Origin: an uncultured Planctomycetaceae bacterium
Lineage (GTDB): Bacteria; Planctomycetota; Planctomycetia; Isosphaerales; Isosphaeraceae
Assembly (NCBI GenBank): GCA_963833985.1
Contig: CAWIAD010000001.1
Span: 1,312,001 to 1,376,000 of the forward strand
Direction of reading: 5' to 3'
Length of the DNA stretch: 64,000 nucleotides
Of this stretch, positions 28,354 through 40,263 are shown in pieces (position 1 is the first letter of the stretch; each line of letters opens with the position of its first letter). The translations under genes were made by a program, and so were the position numbers. The notes under the pieces were generated by a model. The model made no database searches. It was not told the origin of the DNA and saw only the letters and a list, made by a program, of their open reading frames with translations.

Positions 28354-30573
28354 TCACTGCCGGCGCACCAGATCGCTGGCTGCGGGTTCACGGCTTGAGG
28401 TCTGGAAGTCGGCGGCCTGGCGGCGGGCATAGGTCTGCCAGCGGTTCTCCAGCTCGGCGAAGCTGTCGAAGTGGTACGACTCGCGCAGGGCCGCCTCCAC
28501 GCCCTTGCGCTGGGCGCCGCGGACGAAGCCGACGAACTGTTCGGGGGTACCCTGAGCCACCAGGAATTGCGTCACGGAGACGCTCTGGGCGAAGAACAGG
28601 TTGTGGGCGTCCGAGCTGGGGTAGTCCATGGCCATGAGCTCGCTCAGCTTGAAGACGCGTCCCTCGCGCAGCGGTTCGGTGAGCTCGGCCGCCCGGCTTT
28701 CTTGCTCCGCGCGCGGTTCGGAGAGCACGGCCATGCCTTCGTCGGCCCAGCGCGGGATCTGCCGCTCGGTGAACAGGTCGGCGAGCACGACGTGCGTCAC
28801 CTCGTGAGGAAGGACCGCGGAGAGCAACTGCGGGTGGTCCGCGCGCAGGTTGATCCGCCGGCCGATGATCTTGTTGCCGCTCAGCGACATGGTCGAGAAT
28901 CCCGGGGAGCTCTCGGGCTGGCCGGTCATCCGGGTGAAGTCTCGCGCCGTGGCGTAGAGATAGATGTCGCAGCGCGGCGACCAGACCACACGCGACGCCG
29001 GGCTGCCCCAGCGCTTGCCTTGCAGCGTGCGTATGCCCTCGGCGGCCTCGGCGGCCTTGGCGGCGAGCGCCGGGTCTGTGGAGTGAACGCGAAAACTGCG
29101 TGTCTCGCGCACCTGCCAGGAGAGTGGCAGCGGGCTGCCGCCAGGCTCCTCTGGACCGCGGGCCTCCGCTCCCGCGGGCGCTTCCCGGGGAGCTTCCGCG
29201 GGCGTGGCCTTGGGCTCGTTGCTCGACGGGTTGGCCGGTCCGGCAGACGCCTCCGTCTCAGGTGGGGCCGCCGATGCCAGTGGTTGCGCAGTCTCTTCGC
29301 CGGACGCGACCGGCAGGGACAGCGCGGGCTCGGCCACCGCGGACGGGGCTGCCGCGGACGGGGCTGCTGGCTGAGGCGACGCAGCCTGGGCCGGCCGGGA
29401 CCGTCCCAGCAGCCTTGGAAAACGGGACGGCGGATCTTCTTCGGGCGCCGAGCCGCGGACGACCAGCTTGCCGCCACGCGAGGAACCTCGTGTCGCCTTG
29501 CGGGCCTCGGCGATCCGGTTCAGCAGGTATTCGCCATACCAGTTCCCCGGAGTCAAACGCTGAATACTTTGAACCTCGCGCTCGATCTCGTCCCACTCCT
29601 GATTCGTGCGCGGGTGGGCGTTGATCTGCGACACCACGGCAACCCATCGACAGTATGCCCACACCGCCTTCCGTTGCGGGGGAAGCTGGTTCTGAGCGGC
29701 CAGGCTGGCGTACGCCTGGCCGGCCTCTGCGTATTTCTTCGTGCTGAACCAGGCATCGGCCTGGGCCAGCCGAGGCGAGGGGCCAGTGCCCCGCGCCGGG
29801 GCTCCGTGGTCTTCGGGCATGAGCTGTGGCTGCCCTGAAGCCGGCGTGCCACTTCCGCTCATCGATGCGACGGAATCGCGATTCGCGACCGTGCTCGCGG
29901 CCCGCGTTGCCTGATCGTCGCGGGGTGGGATGCCGCGGGCCGGCGGGGCCGCTCCCGGCGCGGGGGCTGCGGGCCGGCCCGGGCCGTCGAGCGGGGGCAG
30001 CCCGGCAGGCTCCGGCAGCGGGTCAGGCTCCTTGAACGCGCCAGGTTCCGGCTCTGACGAGGCGCGTGGCACGGCACGGAGGGGCAGGGGCAGGGGCTCC
30101 AGGGGCTTCGGTGCCGGCACCGGCAAGGCCGGCCGGGGATCGCGCGGTGCCGGCAAGGCCGGCCGGGGATCGCGCGGTGCCGGCAAGGAACCGGTGAAGG
30201 GGGGCGGAACAGACGGCCTCGGCACCGGAGCGGGCGTCGCCGCCGGTGTTGCGTCCGGCGGGGCGAGAGACGGCTCCAGGATCGCCAGGTTGTCGCGGTA
30301 CTCAGCAGCCAGGCTGGCCTTGCCAGAGGCCTCGGCCGCGCGGATCAGTTCCTTGTACGTGCCTCGGAGCATCGCCAGCACTTCGCCCCGTGCTGCCGGC
30401 GGCGACGATGCCAGCTCATCCTCGAGCAGCGTCGCAGCCTTTTGATACTCACCCCTGGCCAGCAGCGTCCGGGCCTGGTCAAGCGGCTCTGAAGACGGCT
30501 CCAGAGCGGCCAGGCTCATCGCGCTCGGACCGGAAACGAGAATCAACAGGGCGATCAAGAGCGCCTGACGCAT
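28354..30573 (-). CDS. Secreted TPR-like/Pro-rich protein with C-terminal gluzincin (peptidase MA-like) domain
   Basis: Signal peptide, helical repeats, Pro-rich linkers, VLPHEVTHVV...PRWADEGMA. Confidence 0.8.
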   Translation of the reverse strand: MRQALLIALLILVSGPSAMSLAALEPSSEPLDQARTLLARGEYQKAATLLEDELASSPPAARGEVLAMLRGTYKELIRAAEASGKASLAAEYRDNLAILEPSLAPPDATPAATPAPVPRPSVPPPFTGSLPAPRDPRPALPAPRDPRPALPVPAPKPLEPLPLPLRAVPRASSEPEPGAFKEPDPLPEPAGLPPLDGPGRPAAPAPGAAPPARGIPPRDDQATRAASTVANRDSVASMSGSGTPASGQPQLMPEDHGAPARGTGPSPRLAQADAWFSTKKYAEAGQAYASLAAQNQLPPQRKAVWAYCRWVAVVSQINAHPRTNQEWDEIEREVQSIQRLTPGNWYGEYLLNRIAEARKATRGSSRGGKLVVRGSAPEEDPPSRFPRLLGRSRPAQAASPQPAAPSAAAPSAVAEPALSLPVASGEETAQPLASAAPPETEASAGPANPSSNEPKATPAEAPREAPAGAEARGPEEPGGSPLPLSWQVRETRSFRVHSTDPALAAKAAEAAEGIRTLQGKRWGSPASRVVWSPRCDIYLYATARDFTRMTGQPESSPGFSTMSLSGNKIIGRRINLRADHPQLLSAVLPHEVTHVVLADLFTERQIPRWADEGMAVLSEPRAEQESRAAELTEPLREGRVFKLSELMAMDYPSSDAHNLFFAQSVSVTQFLVAQGTPEQFVGFVRGAQRKGVEAALRESYHFDSFAELENRWQTYARRQAADFQTSSREPAASDLVRRQ
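30121..30188. repeat. 30-bp in-frame tandem duplication (PAPRDPRPAL x2)
   Basis: cggcaaggccggccggggatcgcgcggtgc repeated exactly twice, plus a partial third copy. Confidence 0.9.
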
Positions 30574-30812
30574 GACATCCATGTCGTGCTCCGGGGATCG
30601 GGCTGTCGGTATTGCGGGCAGTATCCAGGGATCCGCTCAAACCGTCAACACGAGTCCGCCGGGAGCCCGCTTGCCGGTTACCGGAAGTGCGCAGGCTGCG
30701 TGGTCGATCCGTGAAGATCGCCACAGCGCGCGATCGCGATCCCCCGGCTGCCTGAGAGCCTGGTTCAACCCGGGACATGGCCGATCACCGTGAGATGGAA
30801 ACGGTCCAGAAT

Positions 30813-32234
30813 TCAAGCCCGGCGGTGCCTGCGATGGATGAGTGCGGGTCTGGAGGCGCGAACAGCCGGCCTGGGCTGCGCCGTGGCCACGGGTGCAGCG
30901 GGCCGAGGCAAGCCAAGGGCATCGGCGGCTTCGGTCTGAAAACGGAACAGCTCCACATCGCCGGGCCGGGTCTCCTGCGACCAGTGAACCGCTCGATCGT
31001 ACCATTCCCGGCCCTCGGCGCGGTGGTTGGTGGAGGCGTCGATCAGCGCCAGGAAAAACCAGTCATAGCTGTCGCCCTCGCCTGCGCCGCGCAATTCCAT
31101 GGACCGCTGCAAGGCCTTGCTTGCCCCTTCCCAGTCGCCCACACGGCAGCAGGCCACGCCCAGGGTGTTCCAGTAGGATCCTTCCTCGTCAGCGAGCTCC
31201 ACGGCTCTCCTGGCCAGGCCGACCGCCTGTTGCGGCTCACGCATTGATGGGTTCTCGCACGTGCATAACATCCAGGCAAGATTGTTCAGAGCCAGGGCCA
31301 GGTCGCGGTTGCTGGACTCGTTGCCGCGTCCTTCCTGGCGAACCTGTTCCTCGGAGGCGATCATCCGCAAGTAGACACCTTTGGCCTCGGTCACATGGTT
31401 GCCCGCCGCAAGCCGTTGAGCGGAGGAGAGCGCCATCTGGAAGTCGAACCGGCGGCGTGCCGCAGGAGTGAGCCGGTCGAATGACGCGGCCTGGCTTCCG
31501 CGGTCCACATCGTTACTAAGAACGAAGTTGCGCACCACGCTGGACTGGTTGAGCATTCCGAGGTAGGCCGACCAGACCGGCTGGCGGACGTTCAGGAACA
31601 GGAAGGCGACCGAGAAGTAGACCGCGAGTCTGCCGTACAGGCCGCGGCGCGTTCCTTTCTCGGCGATGTCGGCTGCCCTGTGATCATTCCATGAGCGTGC
31701 GAGCCGCCATGCCATGCAGGCCGTGGCCAGCTCGAGTGCCAGTTGTGCAGACCCGAGCATGCCGCGGAGGCCGGCGGCGAGCGTCGGCTGCACCAGCGCG
31801 CTGCGCGGGACCGGGAATGAGCCAATCCACACGGTGAAGCTGCCCGTGCGAAAACAGGCCGCCGTCACAAGGTTCGAGATTCCTCCCAGGGAGAGGATGA
31901 AAAACGTCACGGCGGCCGCGATCACGAAACCGCGGTTCAAGGACCTGCGCAGCAGGATGCCCAGAAACAGCGGCCAGCCCGAGCCGATGACGATGGCCAG
32001 CGGGTGCTCGCGCAGGAACGATCCGATCTCGCTCAGGGAGAAATGCCACCATGCCGCCAGGTCCAGGTAGTCGCGGCCGTAGTCGCCCACCGCGGTCACC
32101 AGACGAGCCGTCCCCAGAATCATCATCCAGTAGCTCAACCGGCTCGTCCGTGCCATGAGGACCGGGGAGCGTGCCTCGACGTTCCTCCCGGAGGCCGGTT
32201 CCGTAACTCCCTGAGCCTGCGCGATCGGCTGCAT
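30813..32234 (-). CDS. Membrane protein with C-terminal TPR repeats
   Basis: Several TM segments, then LNNLAWMLCT...AVGLARRAVEL...YWNTLGVA TPR pattern. Confidence 0.8.
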   Translation of the reverse strand: MQPIAQAQGVTEPASGRNVEARSPVLMARTSRLSYWMMILGTARLVTAVGDYGRDYLDLAAWWHFSLSEIGSFLREHPLAIVIGSGWPLFLGILLRRSLNRGFVIAAAVTFFILSLGGISNLVTAACFRTGSFTVWIGSFPVPRSALVQPTLAAGLRGMLGSAQLALELATACMAWRLARSWNDHRAADIAEKGTRRGLYGRLAVYFSVAFLFLNVRQPVWSAYLGMLNQSSVVRNFVLSNDVDRGSQAASFDRLTPAARRRFDFQMALSSAQRLAAGNHVTEAKGVYLRMIASEEQVRQEGRGNESSNRDLALALNNLAWMLCTCENPSMREPQQAVGLARRAVELADEEGSYWNTLGVACCRVGDWEGASKALQRSMELRGAGEGDSYDWFFLALIDASTNHRAEGREWYDRAVHWSQETRPGDVELFRFQTEAADALGLPRPAAPVATAQPRPAVRASRPALIHRRHRRA

Positions 32235-32554
32235 CGCTTGCCTCCGCCCACTCCTGGGAAACGATCTTGAGACGGTCAGAGCGCATCATCCGAGACGGGC
32301 ACCCGCTTCAGGTTTTACCACACTGGGCCCGTCTGGTGACCCGATTTTCTCACGTGTCACCCTGGCTACCGCCGAACGAGAGCCCTCCCGTGAGTTTTCG
32401 GTCCTCTTGAGGTATAGTGAATTCAGCGTCAATCGGAGGGCGCAGGGACACGGGGAGGGCGCAGGGACAGGCGGAAGTCCTGTTCTCGTCCGACTCGAAG
32501 GCCAGTTTCCGCGGCCTCGCGACCTGTCGCCGGGCCGAAGAACGGTGCACGCCC

Positions 32555-33848
32555 ATGATTCCAGAACCCATGCTCAATGAGAACGCTCCAGGAGTGCAAG
32601 CACGCGGGCGGAACCCGGGTGCACGCCTCCGGTGGTTCGGCCTGGCCCTGATCGCCGCGCTGGCGCTTGCCATTCCGGCCATCGGCTTTCTGCTGATGGG
32701 CGAGCGGAAAGATCCCGACACGCTCTGGAGGGAGGGTGAGGCCTACCTCAGGAGCGAGCAGATCGAGCGGGCGGATGCGGTTGCTGACCGCCTGGTTCGC
32801 ATGCGGAAGCCCACGCCGCTGGACCTCATGTTCCTGGCCCAGCTCGATCTGGCGCACGACCGCGGCGAGGATGCCGTCTTCAAGTTACGGCAAATACCGG
32901 ACCAGCACCCCATGGCCGCGCAGGCCTGGCTCATGATCGGCCGCACCGAGCTCAGGCAACAGCGGGCGCGTCTGGCCGAGGAGGCCCTGCGCAAGGCGCT
33001 CCAGCTCGATCCGAAGCTCGAGGCCGCGCACCGCGAGCTGATCTATATCCTTGGTTACCAGCTCAGGCGAACGGAGCTGAGCGCGGAATTCCTGGCGCTC
33101 TCGCGTCTCACCGAGCTTGGTTTCGATAACATGTTTCACTGGTGCTTGATGCGAACGGCACTCTGGGAACCCGATACGGCCATCGAACAGCTCAGACAGT
33201 TCTCGGAGGCGGATCCCCTCGACCGCTGGTCGCGGATTGCCCTGGCTGACAATTACCGCCGTATGGGCCAGCTTGACGCCGCCGAGGAGACGATCGCACC
33301 GCTGGCGGGCTCCGATGTGGATGCCCTGGCGATCCGGGTCATGCTCGCGATCGACCGGCACGATCACCCGCGCCGAGAGCTTGCTCGCCTCGGGCCCGGC
33401 CGATGATCCCACGCTGGCCCGTCTCAGGGGCCGGCTTGCGCTGGCGCAACGCGACGGCCCGGCCGCGATCCGCTACTTTCGCCGCGCCTACGAACATGAT
33501 CCTCAAGACCGGGACCTGCTGCTTGGCCTGATCAATGCGTTCACCCTGGCCGGTGACGACAAGGACGCTGCGCCGCTGCGCGAGAAGGCCAGGGATTTCG
33601 AGCGGATCAATAGCCTGGTGCAACGGGCGGCGCTTCCCAACGAGCGAGGCAGTCTCGGGCTGATCCGCGAGCTTGGCGCGGCCTGCGCCGCGGCCGGCCG
33701 TCTGCCCGAAGCGCGTGGCTGGTACCGTCTGGCAATCGCACGCGATCCGCTCGACGTCGAGTCGCAGCAGGCACTCTTTCAGATTGACCAGAAAGAGCGG
33801 ACTCGAAACGCGTTGCCCGATGCGGGCGGAAAGCGCCCCGCGGGCTGA
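32555..33848 (+). CDS. TPR repeat protein with N-terminal membrane anchor; frameshift near 33365
   Basis: Two overlapping ORFs, both with TPR motifs (ALRKALQLDP, YRLAIARDPLD). Confidence 0.75.
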
Positions 33849-33879
33849 GCGGCCAGATCCTGGACCATTGATTCTTCTC

Positions 33880-34538
33880 ATGCACGATCACAGCTCCGGC
33901 CTGCTGACGCAACCATGGCTGCTGGCCGCCACGGACACCCGGGGCGACTGGCACTTCGGCATCGGAGACCCGACGCCGATTGGCTGGTTCACCGTGTTCG
34001 CTTACCTGGTGGCCACTCTCGCCTGCGGCGTGGTCTGGACCCGCGAGCGGCAGGGCGCAAGCGTGGCGCGGCGGACAGCTCGACTTTCTGGCTGGTGCTG
34101 ACTCTCGCCTTGCTGTTCCTGGGGATCAACAAGCAGCTTGACTTGCAGACCTTGCTGAATGATGTCGGCCGGCGTGTCGCCAGGTCTCAGGGCTGGTATG
34201 ACCGTCGCCGGATTTACCAGACGGCGTTCATCGCCACCGTCGCAACGGCCGGACTCGGCGTTCTGGCGGCCTTCTCGTGGCTGGCTCGCCGGCACTGGAA
34301 GCGCAACTTCCTGGCACTGCTGGGAACCGTATTTCTCTCTGTCTTCGTCTTGACCAGAGCCTCATCCATTCACCATGTGGACGTGATGCTCCGGTGGCGG
34401 TTTCTGGGATGGACCTGGAACTGGATTCTCGAGCTGGGGGGCATCGCCATCGTGGCCACAGGCGCGTTGCTTGCGGCAAGGAGCCCGGGGCACCAAGCAA
34501 CGCGGAGCCCGGATCGTATGTGGTTCCCGCGAAGATAA
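33880..34538 (+). CDS. Hypothetical integral membrane protein; frameshift near 34065
   Basis: WHFGIGDPTPIGWFTVFAY in one frame continues as FWLVLTLALLFLGINKQLDLQT...WILELGGI in the next. Confidence 0.7.
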
Positions 34539-34657
34539 CGGGCTCGCATTCCGCCCGCCCGCGAGGGATGTCCGAACGCCGGGTCGTGTCCGGACTCGCC
34601 GGCCCGGACGACTCACCGGATCGTACATCCTCCGCTGGCTGGAGAGGGCGGGGGGGC

Positions 34658-35509
34658 TCAGTGCGCCGAGTCGGCCACAAGGGGCGGCACACCGCGATCC
34701 TGCATGTAGGGGTAACCGGGCTTGAAGGTGGGAGCGATCACCTCGACGAGGTGGCGCGAGGACCAGATGCCGTGCCGTGCGTTGCCAGGGAAGTAGACCC
34801 TGGTCTCTCCCGTCAAGGGGTGCTCGAGCACTTGCCGCGAGCAGATTTGCAGGCCGAGCAAGCAAACCGGGAACTCCGCGGCACGCTCCATGTCACCCAG
34901 CCTGAGCGGCTCGGAGAGGGGCAGGCCGGCGTAGCGGAAAGCTTTCTCCGTCATCTCGACGCAGTAAAGCGCGGAGTCGTCCAGGCCGAGCTCGTAATCA
35001 AACGGGGGTTGCTGCACGAACACCTTGCGGCAATACGCCAGCACCATGGGAATGGCCTTGCGATCCGCGGGCCGCAGCCTCTTGACCCCGAAATTGCCCA
35101 CGTTATCCAGGATCCAGACGCAGAACGGCTGCTTCGCCACGCCGCTTCCGGTCGTATCATAGACCATCGGGGTATCGTTCTCGATGGCGACGATCCCGGT
35201 ATGTGAGAACTTGCTGTTGCTGCAATTCGCGTAGAACCGGCTCATGGGAAAGAACCCGCGGAGTACCCGCGCGTCGCCGAGCCTAAAGACGATGTCTCCA
35301 TCCTTGAGAACCTTGCGGCCCCACTCATCCCAGCGAGCCATCTGCGGCGTCGTCTCGATTGGCGGCAGTTTGCCTTCACGGCGTGCGCGCCACGCGTCCG
35401 GGCCCCAGTAGTTTCCCTGGAAGCCAGGAGGGACCAGGCGGTCGGTCATCTCCCGACCCTCGGGAGGGTACAGGTAGAAGGGCAGGAACAGAAGGAGGAT
35501 CTTGATCAT
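34658..35509 (-). CDS. Permuted papain-like NlpC/P60 (YiiX/YebB-like) hydrolase
   Basis: LKDGDIVFR, FSHTGIV (His) preceding LYCVEM (Cys). Confidence 0.8.
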   Translation of the reverse strand: MIKILLLFLPFYLYPPEGREMTDRLVPPGFQGNYWGPDAWRARREGKLPPIETTPQMARWDEWGRKVLKDGDIVFRLGDARVLRGFFPMSRFYANCSNSKFSHTGIVAIENDTPMVYDTTGSGVAKQPFCVWILDNVGNFGVKRLRPADRKAIPMVLAYCRKVFVQQPPFDYELGLDDSALYCVEMTEKAFRYAGLPLSEPLRLGDMERAAEFPVCLLGLQICSRQVLEHPLTGETRVYFPGNARHGIWSSRHLVEVIAPTFKPGYPYMQDRGVPPLVADSAH

Positions 35510-35643
35510 TCTTGGCTCTCTACACTAGGAGACATCGATTCCGCGCCGTGCGATGTCGACACGGGGAAATTCCCTGGCTCACTGTCCGCCGGGGCTGACT
35601 GGAAAAGTTTGAGAACCCGCACCGGAGGCCTGCGTGGCAGCAA

Positions 35644-36400
35644 TCAAACCTTCGAGGCGGTCGCCTTCGCCTGCATGGCATTGAGCGATCTTTCGAGGAT
35701 CGTCTCGGGGGTACCCTCGGCTTGAATGGGCACAAGCCGCCCGGTCCGCTGGTAATACTCGGCCAGGGGACGCGTGCTTTCCTCATAGGCCTGCATCCGG
35801 ACGCGAATCGATTCAGGCCGATCGTCCTCGCGCTGGATGAGCGTTGCTCCGCACAGGTCGCAGATCCCCTCGTGCTCTGGCGGACGGGCCGTCACGTGGA
35901 ACACGGCCTTGCACTTCGAGCAGGTGCGCCTGCCGCCCAGCCGATCCACAATCTCGTCCAGGGGCAACTCGTAACTGAGCACCGCATCCAGGGAAACACC
36001 TTGCAGTTCCAGGAGCTCGATCGAGCGCTTCGGCCTGGGCTGCCGTGCGGGGAAAGCCGTCCAGCAGGAAACCTCCACCGCAGCTCAAACAACCGGATCT
36101 CTCGCTGACCATGGAAACGACCAGGCCGTCGGAAACGAGCTCGCCGCGCCGCATCGCCTCGAGCGCGGCACTCAGGGCCGGACTGTGCTCGGACTGACAC
36201 TGAGCCGCACGAAAGACGTCGCCCGTGGAAAGGTGGCAGGTTCCCAGCGTCTTGCAAAGCAGCTCAGCCTGCGTCCCCTTGCCCACGCCCGGAGGCCCCA
36301 GTAGCACAAGTCGGTAAACAGCTCCTCGCGCAGCAGGAGCTACGTCACATTTCGCATCGCCACCCTCGAACCACGCCGCGCGATCTGGTTTGTCGGTCAT
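35644..36400 (-). CDS. adk: Adenylate kinase (Zn-lid type); frameshift near 36020
   Basis: LLGPPGVGKGTQA, HLSTGD, FLLDGFPRT, then in the next frame CSKC...CDLC and QREDD. Confidence 0.9.
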
Positions 36401-36958
36401 TCCCGGCTCCTGGGAGTCTCTCGAGCGGTCTTCAATCCCCCAGCTTTCCCAGACACGCAGTGAAAGATGAAGAACCGCCAACTTCTCCTCGATGGAAACA
36501 CCTATCCAGGGTAATGAGCCGGTACCCGGTGCCGTCAAGAGATCGCTTCACCCGCGGTATGAAAAAAGTGCAAGTTTCGTTCCCAAGTCCGCAAAATCGA
36601 TTGTTCCACAGCCGCCTGCCCGCGAGCCGCCTCGCGGACATGAGTATCGGCTGCCGGGTCTTGTGATTTGACCTTCCTCCACTGACAAACCGAAGTGGCG
36701 ATCACCGTTTTCTACGACCATTTCCCGGTGGATGTTCCGGGCTCCCGCAAGCCGTTCACCCAAGGGTGAGAGCTCGATGGCAGGTCTCGAGGGGGCTCGG
36801 CGTCGGCCTAACCATGGCGCGAGAGGCTGATCAAGCTCCCAGGGAGAGTGCTGACAACCTGCGACGGGCCGGGAAGGGGATGACTTCACGCGGCAACTCC
36901 TCGCCGCAACAAGATCGAGGCCGACTCCTTGAAAGGCCGGTCACGGCTTGGCCCTGGA

Positions 36959-37054
36959 ATGAAGCGGCCCGCGCGCGTTCCGGTCGTCGACGATGACTCG
37001 GAGAAGGCCCAGCGGACTGGCCGGATTCTCGAAGTACTGGGACATGACGGTTGA
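36959..37054 (+). pseudogene. Fragment of a response-regulator receiver domain
   Basis: MKRPARVPVVDDDSEKAQRTGRILEVLGHDG* resembles a receiver N-terminus, then a premature stop. Confidence 0.4.
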
Positions 37055-37991
37055 GCAAGGGGAAGGCCGGATGCCTAAGTGGTTCCCGGCCTCCCCCGAA
37101 TCCGACGTCATTGAGCGTGCACCTGGCACCTTCGCCCACAAGCGAGTCGACATCGACTGGTGCACCCACCCAACAGGTCATTTATATGCGCTTCCTCGGC
37201 GAGAATCAAGAGTATTAAGTTTTTTTAAGCAGCGTTGGGCGGTCTCTTTCAACCATTTTGTCAGGTGTACCTCGCGATAAACCTTGTCGCATCGCCATGT
37301 CGCTCCTTCCACCTATGCCGGGACGGCAGCTCAGATCAGCTCGAAAGGCTGGGGGAGGAGCCTACTTCACGGCCGCTTGCTCCGGCTCTTGCTCGATTCC
37401 CCTGAGGGCAATGCATGTGAGTGAAATGTACTCGTTCACGGGCCGAGGGCGACAGGCGTATAGAAAGCTCGAGGCTATCCCGGCACCTGTCATGCGGCGT
37501 GAAACGGCGAGTCGGCAAGGCCAAACCGCTCGGCCTCAAATCGCTGAACCTTTAGTCCCGGACGAACGTACCGTACGTCGTGGTGCGGCTCGAGCAGGAG
37601 TTCGTGTGGGCGACCATCCGTTGATCCGACCGACTGGCGCCGCGACGGATCGGTGACCGGGACCAATCCTCGGCCCGAGTCCGCAAGCCGGCTCGTTAGG
37701 CGATCGATGCGAGAGTTCAGTTCGCCGCAGTGCCGACCTCGCGCTACGGCGACTACCTGTCCGGGGGCCGCACCGGGATTTCCGGAGGGGTTCCGGAGTT
37801 TCGCCGATATGCGGCTTGGATGCCCCGAGGCATCCCAAATGATCGCAGATGGTGGGCCTGGGCTGTACGGGCCTGGCATCCGCACGGGGTGATGCGGGGG
37901 CCGTCGCGGGCCGGTGGGCGGCCCGGCCTTTGTGTATACTAGGTCGGGTGCGGGGGCCCGTTCGGCGAAAGGGCCAGTCCAGGAGCGCATC

Positions 37992-40262
37992 ATGGGGGCC
38001 GGTCGCGATCGGAGCGGGGCGGATCAACGCCCCGAGGAGCTGGGTGCCCTGCGGGCCGAGAATGACGCCCTGCGCGACCGCATCGCCTCACTGGTGGCCG
38101 TCATCAATATCATGGACGACGCTGTCTTCGTCAAGGGCGGGGACGGCCGCTATCGGATGATCAATTCCGCGGGCGCCCGCCTGCTCGGCCGGTCGCGGGA
38201 CGAAGTCATCGGGAAGGATGACACGGAGCTGTTCGAGGCCGAGACGGCCGAGCGGCTCATGATGGACGACCGCTCCATCATCGCGGAGGGCGCGGCCCGG
38301 ACGTACGAGGAGGTGGCGACGTCGTCGGAGGTCACGCGCACCTATCTCGTCACGAAGGGGCCTTACCGGGACGACCGGGGACTCGTCGCCGGTTTGGTCG
38401 GCGTCTCGCGGGATATCACCGCGTGGCGGCGCGACGAGACGGCGCTGCGCGAGGCACGGCAGTTCCTGGCAAGGCTGCTGGACCACGCCCCGGCCCTGAT
38501 CTACGTCACCTCCGCCGACGGGGAAGTCCGGCTCGTCAACCGGGCCTGGGAGGGCCTGTTCGGGATGCGACGCGACGACGTGGTCGGCCGCTCGGCGGGG
38601 TGCCTGTTCCCGCCCGAAGAGGCAGGTCGCTTCCTGGAGCAGAATCGGACGGTTATTGCGTCCGGGACGCCTCTCGAGCTGGACGAGGAGGTGAGTACGC
38701 CCGGCGGTCGGCGCGAGCTGCACACGGTCAAGTTCCCCCTGCGTGACGCCATCGGCCGGATCGAGGCCGTGGGGGGGATCTCCTTCGACGTCACCGCCCG
38801 CCGGAGGGCCGAGAAATCGCTCGAGGAGAGCCGTCGCCGTATGCGTGCCCTCTTCGAGAACACTCTGGACGCCATCTGGCTCCTCGACGACGAGGGCCGG
38901 TTCGTCGACGCCAACCCCGCCGTCTGCGCCCTGCTGGGCTACACCCGCGAGGAGTTCCTGCGGATGCGAATCGAGGACGTGGCGACCGCGGATGAGAGAG
39001 GATCGGTCCGGGATCTGTGGAACGCAATCCTCGCCGCGGGCCAGCTCGCCGGTGAGTTCACTCAGATTAGCAGGGACGGCACGACGCGGGTCGTCGACTA
39101 TCGCGCGGTCGCCAACATCTTGCCGGGTCTCCACCTGTCGGTGAACCGCGACATCACCGAGCGGAGGCGGGCGGAGCGGGAGCTGCGTGCCAGCGACGAG
39201 CAGGTCCGTTTGCTGCTGGACTCCACGGGCGAGGCGATCTGCGGGATTGACCTGGAGGGTCACTGCACGTTCTTCAACGCCTCCTGCCTCCGGCTCCTGG
39301 GGTACGCTGATCGGGCCGACCTGTTGGGCCGGGAGCTGCACCGGCTCATCCACCACACCCGGCCCGATGGGGCGCCCTTCCCCCGCGAGGCGTGCCGGAT
39401 TCTCTGCGCATGCTGCCGCGGGGAGGAGGCCCACGCCGAAGACGAGGTTTTCTGGCGCGGCGATGGGACGAGCTTCTCGGTCGAATACTGGTCCCACCCG
39501 GTGCGCCGCGGTGGTGAGGTGGTCGGGGCCGTGGTCACATTCGTCGACATCAGCGAGCGGCGTCGGGTCCAGGAGGAACTCCGCGAGACAGCGGAGCGGC
39601 TCCAGGTCCTCTCACGCCGCCTGGTCGAAGTCCAGGAGGAAGAGCGGAGGCATCTGGCACGCGAGCTCCACGACGAGATCGGCCAGGCTTTGACGGCGAT
39701 CGGGATCGGCATCCAGGCCGCCAAGAAGGCGAGCTCGGACGCCGCCACGTCGTACCTCGACGACTGCATCGGCCTGGTCGACAGCGCGATAGGGCAGGTG
39801 CGCCACCTCTCGCTCGACCTCCGGCCGTCGATGCTCGACGACCTCGGCCTGGTGGCGACCCTCCGATGGTACGTCGACCGTCAGGCCCAGCGGGCCGGCT
39901 TTCGGGCGCGCTTCACCTCCGACGCGGTCGACATCCGCCTCGATCCCGCGATCGCGACGGCGGCCTTCCGGGTGGCGCAGGAGGCGCTGACGAACATAGC
40001 CCGGCATGCCAAGGCCCGCCGGGTCCGGGTGAGCGTGAGGCACCGCGACGGGTCCCTGCGACTGGCGGTCCGCGACGACGGGGTCGGGTTCGACTCGGGG
40101 GCGGCCCTGGGGTATGGGGCTCGGGGCTCGGGGCTCGGGCTGCTGGGGATGCGCGAGCGGGCGGCCCTCCTCGGCGGTCGCGTCGACGTCCGCTCCCTCC
40201 CGGGCCGTGGGACCCGGGTCTTGCTGACCATCCCCCTGCGGCATCCTGAAGGAGGGGCCTAG
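37992..40262 (+). CDS. Cytoplasmic multi-PAS histidine kinase (HisKA_3/NarX-like)
   Basis: Four PAS/PAC repeats, EEERRHLARELHDEIGQ, EALTNIARHA, DDGVGFD, GLGLLGMRERA. Confidence 0.93.
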   Translation: MGAGRDRSGADQRPEELGALRAENDALRDRIASLVAVINIMDDAVFVKGGDGRYRMINSAGARLLGRSRDEVIGKDDTELFEAETAERLMMDDRSIIAEGAARTYEEVATSSEVTRTYLVTKGPYRDDRGLVAGLVGVSRDITAWRRDETALREARQFLARLLDHAPALIYVTSADGEVRLVNRAWEGLFGMRRDDVVGRSAGCLFPPEEAGRFLEQNRTVIASGTPLELDEEVSTPGGRRELHTVKFPLRDAIGRIEAVGGISFDVTARRRAEKSLEESRRRMRALFENTLDAIWLLDDEGRFVDANPAVCALLGYTREEFLRMRIEDVATADERGSVRDLWNAILAAGQLAGEFTQISRDGTTRVVDYRAVANILPGLHLSVNRDITERRRAERELRASDEQVRLLLDSTGEAICGIDLEGHCTFFNASCLRLLGYADRADLLGRELHRLIHHTRPDGAPFPREACRILCACCRGEEAHAEDEVFWRGDGTSFSVEYWSHPVRRGGEVVGAVVTFVDISERRRVQEELRETAERLQVLSRRLVEVQEEERRHLARELHDEIGQALTAIGIGIQAAKKASSDAATSYLDDCIGLVDSAIGQVRHLSLDLRPSMLDDLGLVATLRWYVDRQAQRAGFRARFTSDAVDIRLDPAIATAAFRVAQEALTNIARHAKARRVRVSVRHRDGSLRLAVRDDGVGFDSGAALGYGARGSGLGLLGMRERAALLGGRVDVRSLPGRGTRVLLTIPLRHPEGGA

Positions 40263-40263
40263 C

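Noticed and set aside
37660..37705. attC around GTTAGGC
   Set aside because: No complementary L boxes or second core at a suitable distance.
36420..37980. Riboswitch or ncRNA in the long gap upstream of adk
   Set aside because: No recognisable family motif; only a short receiver-like fragment is supportable. An Rfam scan would be needed.
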